Assembly (NCBI GenBank): GCA_963708715.1 | Contig: CAVPSU010000001.1 | Location: forward strand, 736,000-799,999 | Length of the DNA stretch: 64,000 nt | Source: an uncultured Chloroflexia bacterium | GTDB lineage: Bacteria; Chloroflexota; Anaerolineae; Anaerolineales; Anaerolineaceae | Direction of reading: 5' to 3' | Part shown: positions 27,260-35,894 of the stretch, in pieces | Layout of the letters: every line of letters starts with the position of its first letter | Position numbering within the stretch: position 1 is the first letter of the stretch | The notes under the pieces: model-generated | What the model saw: the letters and a program-made list of their open reading frames with translations, nothing else | Databases searched by the model: none | Told to the model about the DNA's origin: nothing | Made by a program: the position numbers and the translations under genes

Positions 27260-28353
27260 GCAAAGTGTTTTCCCCACAAGATTGGCAGCAAATATCAGAT
27301 TACATGGATGGTCAGTTATCAAACCAAGACCGACAGGCAATTGAAGAGCTCATCAATTCATCGGAAATCTGGAAAACAAATTATCGCTCCCTGGCTGAGA
27401 CCAGGCAGTTACTTCGTTCTGCACCGAAAAGACGCTCTCCCCATAACTTTACCCTTACTCAATCCCAGGCTGACCAACTGCGCAAACCCCGGTTTGCATT
27501 ATTCTCCTTCCGTTTTGCATCCGTATTAACCACCGGATTAGCAGTAGTAGTATTTCTTTTCAGCTTTCTACTTGAGACATCTACATCCTCATTGCCTGCA
27601 TTACCAGCGGCACTCGCCATGAAAAAGATCTCTCAAACTGAGTCTACAAGTTCCTCACCAGCGGGACCAGTAATCATTTGGGGTCCTCCTGGAACAATTC
27701 CACAGGCTTATAACGGATCAGGAATTGTTGGGGGACGTGGCGGAGGCGGTGGAGGCGGGGCGGAAGGACCCGGAGTAATACCTTATGGCGTTGGAGGTGG
27801 TGGCGGTGGTGGAGTTGATACATTCTCTTTAGAAGCGCCAACCGAAAAAGCAGTGACTGAAGCTACGCCGGAAACCTTCCCTGAGATTCCTCCTGAGATT
27901 GTATCTGAAACAGTCCCGGAATCGACACTGGAGGCTACAATCGAAGCGGCTCCTAATCTGGCTGCTGCACCAGCAACAGTAGCGGAACCTGGTGTCGCTG
28001 CTGAACCTGCACAAGATACGGCGGTCGCACCGGATACTGCACCCGCACCGGTACCTCCGGTCTCACCGGAGATCGCTCCCCAGCCTACCCAACTGCCACA
28101 ACCAACTCCAACCGCTGCATCAGAAAACCAGATAGCCCGACAACCTGCTTCGGATACGACCGGATTGGGCCCAATCCTGGGTGTCCAACCAACAAATCAG
28201 GTTTCGGAAGTTGTTCCTCGTCCTGTGGAAGGGGTACAACAGCCATCAGTCTTAAATCGCAATCCACTTTGGGTCGCATCAGGTATCCTCCTCCTCATCG
28301 GCATCAGCAGCGGTATCGTCGCATTTCTAAAATCCAGGAAAAAACCCAGATGA
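27256..28353 (+). CDS. putative anti-sigma factor (single TM; Gly-run and Pro/Ala/Thr-rich extracytoplasmic region; second C-terminal TM)
   Basis: Overlaps the sigma gene by 4 nt. N-terminal DYMDGQLS anti-sigma-like segment, TM helix at about residue 85, and poly-Gly runs. Confidence 0.55.
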   Translation: MSKVFSPQDWQQISDYMDGQLSNQDRQAIEELINSSEIWKTNYRSLAETRQLLRSAPKRRSPHNFTLTQSQADQLRKPRFALFSFRFASVLTTGLAVVVFLFSFLLETSTSSLPALPAALAMKKISQTESTSSSPAGPVIIWGPPGTIPQAYNGSGIVGGRGGGGGGGAEGPGVIPYGVGGGGGGGVDTFSLEAPTEKAVTEATPETFPEIPPEIVSETVPESTLEATIEAAPNLAAAPATVAEPGVAAEPAQDTAVAPDTAPAPVPPVSPEIAPQPTQLPQPTPTAASENQIARQPASDTTGLGPILGVQPTNQVSEVVPRPVEGVQQPSVLNRNPLWVASGILLLIGISSGIVAFLKSRKKPR

Positions 28354-28850
28354 GTCCATTCGAAGCCAAATATTGTCTTCGTTGCGGAACGCACCTGGAG
28401 ACTCAGCTATATCAGGACGGTCATCTCCACCCGGTTTGCCCCTCCTGCGGTTGGGTGTATTTTCCTGATCCGAAGGTGGCTGCTGCAGCACTCGTAACAA
28501 GTGAACAGAAAATCCTTCTGGTAAAACGCCATTTTGATCCCATGAAAGGTCTCTGGACTTTACCTGCTGGTTTTGTAAATGCAGAAGAAGACCCACAAGC
28601 AGCCGCAGAACGAGAATGCCTGGAAGAGACAGGACTTGTGGTCCATGCGCTGGAATTATTCCATGTGACCACCGGTCGTGACCACCCTCGGGGAGCAGAC
28701 GTAGTCCTTGTCTACCTCGTGGAAGTGGTTGCCGGAACTTTAGGCGCCCATGATGATGCCGATGAAGCAGTTTTCTTTCCAATACACTCGCTGCCGCCGA
28801 TCGCCTTCCGTGCAACAAAAGAGGCAATTGTCAAATTACAATCCAGTTAA
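28350..28850 (+). CDS. NUDIX hydrolase with N-terminal zinc ribbon
   Basis: CLRCG...CPSCG, then the Nudix box GFVNAEEDPQAAAERECLEETGL. ATGA overlap with the upstream stop. Confidence 0.8.
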   Translation: MSPFEAKYCLRCGTHLETQLYQDGHLHPVCPSCGWVYFPDPKVAAAALVTSEQKILLVKRHFDPMKGLWTLPAGFVNAEEDPQAAAERECLEETGLVVHALELFHVTTGRDHPRGADVVLVYLVEVVAGTLGAHDDADEAVFFPIHSLPPIAFRATKEAIVKLQSS

Positions 28851-28936
28851 TTGTAAAAGTTAAATAATTCCAGTGACGGAGTGAACCTATTTCAGCGAAG
28901 AGCATCGCCTATGACAATGCTTTGGGAATTAAATAC

Positions 28937-28971
28937 GGACATCGGCTGCCCTGCAACAGCCGATGTCCTTT
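28937..28971 (+). terminator. intrinsic terminator after the NUDIX gene
   Basis: GGACATCGGCTG-8 nt-CAGCCGATGTCC plus TTT. Confidence 0.65.
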
Positions 28972-29525
28972 CTAAGGAGGAGAACAAGTTTTATGCTCTT
29001 GAAGACTTCTTACCACTACCGCTAGAGGTTATTCTCAATCTATCAAGGGACATTGAACTATCATCATGTTAGCTCTATTTTAATTTTCGATTCTAAAGAC
29101 AGCATTAAATATTTGCGAATATTTCGTTAATATTGGTCTTAATTGGACAATTCAGGAAGTTTGTCGCGATGGTGAATGAATTACTCAGACGATTAATAAT
29201 CCTACATATGACAGTATTTCTTCTTTGGTATGACCTTTATCGTGAAGAGTGTCTGTTCCTCGATTCCAAACCAAATTCAGTCTGTTTGACTCCCAAATTA
29301 GCAGTTTTTCATCCGTAGATGTGATATCTTAAAACCAGTTCGGCACGAATCCTGCAGGATTATGGTTGACAGGTAAGGATCTTATGCCAGCCAAAAAAAC
29401 CAACACCAGACAATCAAAAATACCACTCAAATCTACCAAATCTTCTGTTCGCGCGGATAAGGTCAAAGGAACGACCTTTCGGGAAGTCTTATACGCCAAC
29501 AGGTAAATCCAGATCAAAAAAATCG

Positions 29526-31772
29526 ATGTCCGTCTATGGATATCAGGTTTCCCCAGAACGGAAGATGGACATCATCGGGGTGTTCCTTCTTCTGGCAGGA
29601 TTATTAGCTGCATTGAGTTTATTTGCTGGCAAAGATAACCCAATCACTGCCTGGGTTTCAGGAGTCTTACGCTGGATGACCGGCTGGGGTGTCTGGATCA
29701 TCCCTCTGGCAATCATGATCCCAGGTATCTATCTCATCCTTAGACGGGTTGAATCGCTACCACGTTTACCTTTTGAGCAAATAGCAGGGCTGGTATTACT
29801 GTATCTGAATATCCTGGCGTTTTTCCATTATTTCGCAGGTGGGGCAGTGGATCCCTATCTTCTTGCTGAGGATGGAAAGGGCGGCGGATTGGTTGGCGGG
29901 ATAATTATCCAGTTGTTGGTCGCGGGATTGGGAGATATCGGCGCTTTTCTGGTATTGTGCGCCTGGCTTCTGGTTTCCCTTATTTTCTCTTTTGATATTT
30001 CATTCCAACAAATTGCAAACGGTGTAGGTGGTTTCTTCGGAATCGTCAAAGCATCCACACCCGAAGGCACTAACCTCTTTGATGGTTTACGGACCGGTTT
30101 CAGCGAATGGAAAAATGCGATACGGGAAACCGTGACGATAGACACCGATGATTCTCAAGAGGAGGAAGAAACCATACAGGATGGATTCCAGCCGATAAAG
30201 GGTTCGATCCAAACAATCGATGGAATAGCCTCCCCTGAGATCGCACCAAGTATCGATATTCAACCAGTGGATCCTGTTTGGAAACTGCCGGAACCCGAGA
30301 AAATCCTTGAGCATGGTTCTCCTCAGGTTGAAAATGAAAAAATGGATCTGGAGCGAGCTCGGATGATCGAGGGAACTCTAGCCGACTTTGGAGCTCCAGG
30401 ACATGTTGTGGAGATCCTTCGCGGTCCATCCGTAACCATGTTCGGTGTGGAACCAGACTTTGTAGAAAACCGCAGTGGTAATCATATGCGGGTCAGGGTT
30501 TCAAAAATTGTTTCACTCCAGGATGATCTGGCATTAGCACTGGCGGCAACCAGAATTCGAATTCAGGCTCCAGTGCCGGGACGAAATTATATCGGGATTG
30601 AAGTACCTAACGACCATAAGGCAATGGTTCGTTTGCGGGATGTTGTGGAAAGTCCGTCTTTCAAACGGATCAGGACATCGTTGAAAATTGCCCTGGGTAA
30701 AGATGTATCCGGTGTACCCATTGCTACCGACCTATCGGCCATGCCACACTTACTCATTGCCGGAACGACCGGTTCAGGTAAATCTGTCTGTGTTAATGCA
30801 ATATTGAGCTGCCTTCTGCTCAACAATACTCCGGACGACCTCCGATTGATCCTTGTTGATCCCAAACGAGTGGAGTTCACCAATTACAATGGCATACCTC
30901 ACCTGCTCGCCCCGGTTGTTGTCGAAGCAGATCGGGTTATTGGGGCACTGCAATGGATGCTGCGCGAAATGGATGCCCGTTATCATAAGTTTTCTGCGGC
31001 GGGAGCTCGAAACCTGGAGGATTACAATGTCCGGATGCAGTTGCGGGGCGAAAAGAAGTTGCCAATGCTTGTCATCGTCATTGATGAATTGGCAGATTTA
31101 ATGATGCTCGCCCCTGCTGAAACCCAGGCAGCCATCACCCGTTTGGCGCAAATGGCACGCGCAACCGGTTTACACCTGGTCGTCGCCACCCAGCGTCCGT
31201 CGACCGATGTCATTACCGGATTGATCAAAGCGAATTTCCCTGCCCGAATTGCATTCTCAGTTGCCACTATGATCGATAGCCGTGTGATTCTCGATCAGCC
31301 AGGGGCTGAACAGCTGCTTGGGCATGGTGATATGCTATTTCAGGCGCCTGATGCTGCTGCGCCAGTCCGATTGCAGGGTGTCTATGTGTCCGACAGTGAG
31401 ATCCAAAGGCTTGTGGATTACTGGCGCGGGATCGTTATTGACCAGGCTGAAAGTAATTTTGAAGAGGGGGCGAACGAAGATCTGCCTCCTGCGAACATGT
31501 TGAAACAAGTGGACTTCTGGAGTCCTGGGGGAAGCTTAGGTAGGAGCAATGAAGACCCCTTATTGAGTGAAGTGACCGAACTTGTCCGGAGGGAAGGTCG
31601 CGCTTCGATCTCTATGCTGCAACGTCGTATGCGGATCGGATACACCCGGGCAGCCCGTCTGATCGATCGCATGGAAGAATTAGGAATCATCAGCGCTTCC
31701 CAGGCAAATTCTCAGACTCGCGAAGTATTGGATTATGGGCAGACGATTCCGCCCGAGGATGATGGAGCTTGA
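29526..31772 (+). CDS. ftsK: DNA translocase FtsK/SpoIIIE
   Basis: N-terminal TM domain, Walker A GTTGSGKS, Walker B VIVIDELADL, and a C-terminal gamma (winged-helix) domain SISMLQRRMRIGYTRAARLID. Confidence 0.9.
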   Translation: MSVYGYQVSPERKMDIIGVFLLLAGLLAALSLFAGKDNPITAWVSGVLRWMTGWGVWIIPLAIMIPGIYLILRRVESLPRLPFEQIAGLVLLYLNILAFFHYFAGGAVDPYLLAEDGKGGGLVGGIIIQLLVAGLGDIGAFLVLCAWLLVSLIFSFDISFQQIANGVGGFFGIVKASTPEGTNLFDGLRTGFSEWKNAIRETVTIDTDDSQEEEETIQDGFQPIKGSIQTIDGIASPEIAPSIDIQPVDPVWKLPEPEKILEHGSPQVENEKMDLERARMIEGTLADFGAPGHVVEILRGPSVTMFGVEPDFVENRSGNHMRVRVSKIVSLQDDLALALAATRIRIQAPVPGRNYIGIEVPNDHKAMVRLRDVVESPSFKRIRTSLKIALGKDVSGVPIATDLSAMPHLLIAGTTGSGKSVCVNAILSCLLLNNTPDDLRLILVDPKRVEFTNYNGIPHLLAPVVVEADRVIGALQWMLREMDARYHKFSAAGARNLEDYNVRMQLRGEKKLPMLVIVIDELADLMMLAPAETQAAITRLAQMARATGLHLVVATQRPSTDVITGLIKANFPARIAFSVATMIDSRVILDQPGAEQLLGHGDMLFQAPDAAAPVRLQGVYVSDSEIQRLVDYWRGIVIDQAESNFEEGANEDLPPANMLKQVDFWSPGGSLGRSNEDPLLSEVTELVRREGRASISMLQRRMRIGYTRAARLIDRMEELGIISASQANSQTREVLDYGQTIPPEDDGA

Positions 31773-31851
31773 GATAGAAAAATCAGTAATTAGTAAATGG
31801 AAAATTGGAAAGAGATGGATGAAGAAACAATCTTTCCAATTTGGGAAAAAG

Positions 31852-31880
31852 AAAAAGCTCATTTTTGTGAGCTTTTTTTT
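31852..31880. terminator. bidirectional stem-loop (ftsK on +, tRNA-Ser plus repeat array on -)
   Basis: A5-AGCTCA-TTTTTG-TGAGCT-T7. Confidence 0.6.
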
Positions 31881-32384
31881 GGCGGAGAGTGGCTGCTTGC
31901 GCCCTCGGAGCCTGGTTTCGTAGGCGGAGAGTGGCTGCTCGCGCCCTCGGAGCCTGGTTTCGTAGGCAGAGAGTGGCTGCTTGCGCCCTCGGAGCCTGGT
32001 TTCGTAGGCGGAGAGTGGCTGCTCGCGCCCTCGGAGCCTGGTTTCGTAGGCGGAGAGTGGCTGCTCGCGCCCTCGGAGCCTGGTTTCGTAGGCGGAGAGT
32101 GGCTGCTTGCGCCCTCGGAGCCTGGTTTCGTAGGCGGAGAGTGGCTGCTTGCGCCCTCGGAGCCTGGTTTCGTAGGCGGAGAGTGGCTGCTTGCGCCCTC
32201 GGAGCCTGGTTTCGTAGGCGGAGAGTGGCTGCTTGCGCCCTCGGAGCCTGGTTTCGTAGGCGGAGAGTGGCTGCTTGCGCCCTCGGAGCCTGGTTTCGTA
32301 GGCGGAGAGTGGCTGCTTGCGCCCTCGGAGCCTGGTTTCGTAGGCGGAGAGTGGCTGCTTGCGCCCTCGGAGCCTGGTTTCGTA
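31881..32384. repeat. 12 x 42-bp head-to-tail tandem repeat abutting the tRNA-Ser 3' end
   Basis: Unit is GGCGGAGAGTGGCTGCTTGCGCCCTCGGAGCCTGGTTTCGTA. Copies start at 31881 + 42n. The only variants are T>C at unit position 18 (copies 2, 4, 5) and G>A at position 4 (copy 3). Confidence 0.95.
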
Positions 32385-32386
32385 GG

Positions 32387-32474
32387 CGGAGAGGGTGGGA
32401 TTCGAACCCACGGTGGTCCAGAGGGCCACAACGGTTTTCGAGACCGCCCCGATCAACCACTCCGGCACCTCTCC
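32387..32474 (-). tRNA. tRNA-Ser (anticodon CGA), class II with long variable arm
   Basis: Minus-strand sequence GGAGAGGTGCCGGAGTGGTTGATCGGGGCGGTCTCGAAAACCGTTGTGGCCCTCTGGACCACCGTGGGTTCGAATCCCACCCTCTCCG. Acceptor GGAGAGG/CCTCTCC, anticodon loop CTCGAAA, T arm GTGGG-TTCGAAT-CCCAC, discriminator G. Confidence 0.85.
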
Positions 32475-32551
32475 TGCAGGCGATATTATATCAGAGAAAA
32501 TTTATGGGATGGTATCTGTCAGTGATTACCATCCCATTTATCATTTGCTCA

Positions 32552-33003
32552 CTACTCTTCTAGTTCGAAGATCAAGGGATTGATTCCTGGCCAATGCAGT
32601 TCGTAGGTTTTTAAATTTTCCGGAACACGGAACCCGATCGAAAAATCTTCATCCACCCATCCCGCCATAGTTGTGATTGTTTTGGAGCTGTCATCACCCA
32701 GGATATATACTCCTTCGGGGACCTCCTGAATGGCGGTTTGAAAAGCGGCCAGATCAATTTGCCCGCCATCCGTCCTTTCGAGAACAACCAGCAGGAGCTT
32801 TTCATTCGGGGTTGGCTTGTTCCCATTCGCCTCGGGAACAATTCGCGCTGAGATAAATTTATAGTCCCCATTCGAGGTCGGGAGGGTATTATCACCTAAA
32901 GACCCTTTCCTTTGGTTGTGGTTGCAGTGGTTATCGCCTGTGAGCTGCAGGCTGATAGGGCAAATAAACAGATCAGTAGAATTGAAGTAGTTCGAATATT
33001 CAT
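32552..33003 (-). pseudogene. hypothetical lipoprotein; signal peptide and mature part lie in different frames (shift between 32896 and about 32915)
   Basis: ATG at 33003 (GGGGAG RBS) gives MNIRTTSILLICLFALSACSSQAITTATTTKGKGL, then a stop at 32896. The long ORF 32552-33025 is one frame away and has no signal peptide. Confidence 0.5.
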
Positions 33004-33061
33004 TTTGCTCCCCTTTCATCGGCACAGTATATCAGAAATTTGTCGAAGGTTGAGCGCAGTA

Positions 33062-33070
33062 CCCCCCCCC
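33062..33070. repeat. C9/G9 homopolymer tract
   Basis: Nine consecutive C bases (G9 on the minus strand), about 60 nt upstream of the lipoprotein ATG at 33003. Confidence 0.9.
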
Positions 33071-33078
33071 TAATCAAA

Positions 33079-33108
33079 CAAAAAAGGTGGATTGATTTCT
33101 CCACCTTT
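33079..33108 (-). terminator. intrinsic terminator after the beta-CASP RNase gene
   Basis: On the minus strand: AAAGGTGGA-8 nt-TCCACCTTT followed by T6. Confidence 0.6.
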
Positions 33109-33146
33109 CCTTGTCATATACGGTGTTATTAAGGAATCATTGCGAT

Positions 33147-34541
33147 CTAGATCTCATACGTATCGTATAACTCGGGGTAGATTACGTCGGGAAAATTTTT
33201 CTCCTTGAATATCTCAATTAATGGCAGGCTGGACTTTGGCTCGCCGTGAACCATAAATATCTTCTTCGCGTTGTCCTTCACCCGAGCTGCATAACTGACC
33301 AATCCGTCCTGTCCTGCGTGCGCGGACAATCCACCGATTGTGACAACTTCCGCCCTGACCTGGTATTCTTCTCCAAAAATTCGCACCAGTGGCTCGCGAT
33401 CTGCCAGTCGCCTTCCCAGTGTATATGGAGCCTGCCAGGAAACGATCATGATCATGTTACGCTGATCTTCAATATTATTTTTCAGATGATGGAGAATTCT
33501 CCCGGTTTCTGCCATGCCGGATGCAGAAATGATCACCATTGGCTCATGTCGGTCATTTAGCGATTTTGATTCTTCCACTGATCTAACATAATGCAAGGAA
33601 TCAAAATTTAGGGCAGGGTGGCGATGTTCCCGGATGAATCTGTGAGTTTCCTCATCAAAGTTTTCCGGATGCTTAATAAAAATATCAGTTGTATTTACCG
33701 CCAATGGGCTATCTACATAAACAGGGATACGTGGAATTTCCTGGTGGTCCATCATTTCATTAAGGGCGTAAACCAATTCCTGGGTACGACCGACTGCGAA
33801 CGCCGGTATGATGACTTTACCCCGCCGTTCGAATGTCCGAAGTAAAGCTTTGCGCATTTCGATAAAGGCATCCTGCGGGTCTGTGTGTCGTTTATCTCCA
33901 TACGTGGATTCCATCAATAAGTAATCGCAGGTATCCGGCAAGACAGGGTCGCTCACCAGCGGAAGTCCCGGCCTGCCTATATCACCTGAGAACCAGAAAC
34001 GGGTATTTTTTCCATGTTCTTCGATATTCAATATTACCGCCGCAGATCCCAAAATGTGCCCTGCATCTACCAGTTTGGCCGTTACACCGGGGATCGGTTC
34101 AAATTCCTGGTCATAGAGCTTATCCACAAGCATTGGCTTGACCATTTCAGCATCGGCAATCGTGTATAGAGGTTCCACTGGTGGTTCGCCTCGGCGTTTT
34201 CGTTTCTTGTTCACATACTCCACATCACTTTCCTGGATATGCCCGGAATCTCGCACTAGAAGATCAGTCAGATCTGCTGTGGCGGGTGTGCAGTAGATCG
34301 GACCACTGTATGCATTCTTCATCAAATTGGGTAAATTTCCACAGTGATCGATATGGGCATGGGATAGGATCATCGCGTCCAGCTTGCGTGGATTGAAATG
34401 AAACGTGCGATTTCGTTCATAGGTATCATCTCTCCGACCCTGAAAGAGACCACAATCAAGCAGTAACGTGTTTCCGTTTATTTCAAACAGATATTGACTA
34501 CCGGTGACAGTCTGTGAAGCGCCAAAGAAATGTATTTTCAT
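33147..34541 (-). CDS. MBL-fold beta-CASP family RNA-metabolising hydrolase
   Basis: HAHIDHCG motif, 464 aa. Layout of MBL domain, beta-CASP insert and C-terminal RNA-specificity region is typical of bacterial CPSF73/RNase J-like proteins. Confidence 0.8.
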   Translation of the reverse strand: MKIHFFGASQTVTGSQYLFEINGNTLLLDCGLFQGRRDDTYERNRTFHFNPRKLDAMILSHAHIDHCGNLPNLMKNAYSGPIYCTPATADLTDLLVRDSGHIQESDVEYVNKKRKRRGEPPVEPLYTIADAEMVKPMLVDKLYDQEFEPIPGVTAKLVDAGHILGSAAVILNIEEHGKNTRFWFSGDIGRPGLPLVSDPVLPDTCDYLLMESTYGDKRHTDPQDAFIEMRKALLRTFERRGKVIIPAFAVGRTQELVYALNEMMDHQEIPRIPVYVDSPLAVNTTDIFIKHPENFDEETHRFIREHRHPALNFDSLHYVRSVEESKSLNDRHEPMVIISASGMAETGRILHHLKNNIEDQRNMIMIVSWQAPYTLGRRLADREPLVRIFGEEYQVRAEVVTIGGLSAHAGQDGLVSYAARVKDNAKKIFMVHGEPKSSLPLIEIFKEKNFPDVIYPELYDTYEI

Positions 34542-35686
34542 GGAGTTCCTCTTGATGTTCGTGGGTGGATGGCACTGAATATTTGCTCACCATAGGTTCG
34601 ATATCGCCAGGGATATTGCAGCATTCGGAGGGAAAAATCTTCCCAGTGGCGGGGTGGATCCTGTGCCAGATCGTATAACAAATCCCTGGGAAGTATGACA
34701 TCCGACTCGACCTTCATCTTTTCTGCTGCCGTTTTTCTGAATATTTTCAGACGGTCCAGACGTTTCCTAAATGCTGGATCCGAGACATGTTGGCGAGGCG
34801 GGTCTAGTGGGGAGCTTTTTCTACCTTTTTCCACAACCGATATGATTGTCTCTGCAAATTTATTCAATTGATATGGGCTTAATCGAATTTTATGTCGCAG
34901 AGTTCCCATTTGGCAAGTCTTACTTTGCGCGATCATCAATAATTGTTCGTTGCTTATGATCTTGAATGGAGGACGATTGGCTTTATTAGCAGCTTCTTCG
35001 CGCCAGAGTAGTAAATGTAAAAATACGGCTGCATCTTCTGGATTTAGGTCACGCGCTCCGTGAATTCGCCAGATCTCATCCTCGATCTTGTTTTCCGCCG
35101 GGACCGTGGTGCGAGTCATTCGAGCAAAGTCCTCCTGAGCCAGCTCCCATAAACCGGCTGCCCGAAGTTTGTCTTCCAAGACGTCTCGCAATTCCATCAA
35201 GTAATGGGTATCCATCCTGGCGTATGCGAGGTATTCTTCCGGCAATGGTCGCCGTCCCCAGTTTGCTTTTTGCAGACGTTTGTCCAGATTGATTCCAAAT
35301 TCAGTATTTAATAGATTATTCAAGCCGACTTCATGGATCCCAAGGATTCGAGCCGCGACCATGGTGTCAAAGAGACGATTAAATTCAATCCCATAATCCC
35401 GCTTCAAACAAATGACATCATATTCAGATGCGTGGAATATTTTTTCGATCCGGTCGGATGCGAAAATAGCTGATAGCGGAGAAATATCCGGCAACGCCAT
35501 AGGGTCGATCAGGTAATCGTAACCTGGGATTGAAAATTGAATCAGGCAAACTTGTTCCTGGTATGCATGCAGGCTATTCGATTCCGTATCTACGGCGATA
35601 CGTTTTTCCCCCGATAGTATCCTCGTTGTCTCCAGTAATCCTTGAGGAGTGTCAACCCAGATCGGTGGAGGCAATTGTGTGTCCAT
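34538..35686 (-). CDS. rnd: ribonuclease D (DEDDy 3'-5' exonuclease plus HRDC)
   Basis: IAVDTESNSLHAYQEQVCLIQFS exonuclease motif I and YARMDTHYL motif III. Start set at MDTQLPPP (35686). 4-nt overlap with the downstream gene. Confidence 0.8.
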   Translation of the reverse strand: MDTQLPPPIWVDTPQGLLETTRILSGEKRIAVDTESNSLHAYQEQVCLIQFSIPGYDYLIDPMALPDISPLSAIFASDRIEKIFHASEYDVICLKRDYGIEFNRLFDTMVAARILGIHEVGLNNLLNTEFGINLDKRLQKANWGRRPLPEEYLAYARMDTHYLMELRDVLEDKLRAAGLWELAQEDFARMTRTTVPAENKIEDEIWRIHGARDLNPEDAAVFLHLLLWREEAANKANRPPFKIISNEQLLMIAQSKTCQMGTLRHKIRLSPYQLNKFAETIISVVEKGRKSSPLDPPRQHVSDPAFRKRLDRLKIFRKTAAEKMKVESDVILPRDLLYDLAQDPPRHWEDFSLRMLQYPWRYRTYGEQIFSAIHPRTSRGTP

Positions 35687-35894
35687 TGTGTTGATTATAG
35701 TCCAGTTGCTTCCCTTGCTTCTTGGGAAATAGAAGTAACCATACAACTGTTAAACAACAGTCCATCCGTTGTGAAAGGAGGACTGTTGTTTGATTGATAT
35801 ATTGGAATGTTTTTTTTAATTTTGGAGCATTGTGCCACGTAGAATGAATTGCTACTTTGCTCTGACCAATTGAGAAATGGATCGAACCTAATAA

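Noticed and set aside
28881-29318. Small ORFs (61-63 aa, and a 10-codon ORF behind AAGGAGG at about 28973) in the AT-rich gap upstream of ftsK.
   Set aside because: There is no conservation evidence available, the sequences are AT-rich and low-complexity, and the longer ORFs have no RBS.
31881-32384. CRISPR array.
   Set aside because: The units are directly contiguous with no unique spacers. The unit is 42 bp with no spacer periodicity, and there are no cas genes in the window.
31680-32563. Six long ORFs (190-262 aa) with 14-aa periodic sequences, for example LSAYETRLRGRKQP, PPTKPGSEGASSHS and GGEWLLAPSEPGFV.
   Set aside because: They exist only because the 42-bp repeat is a multiple of 3 and lacks stops in every frame. 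They overlap each other, several run into the tRNA-Ser gene, and none has a credible RBS or start context.
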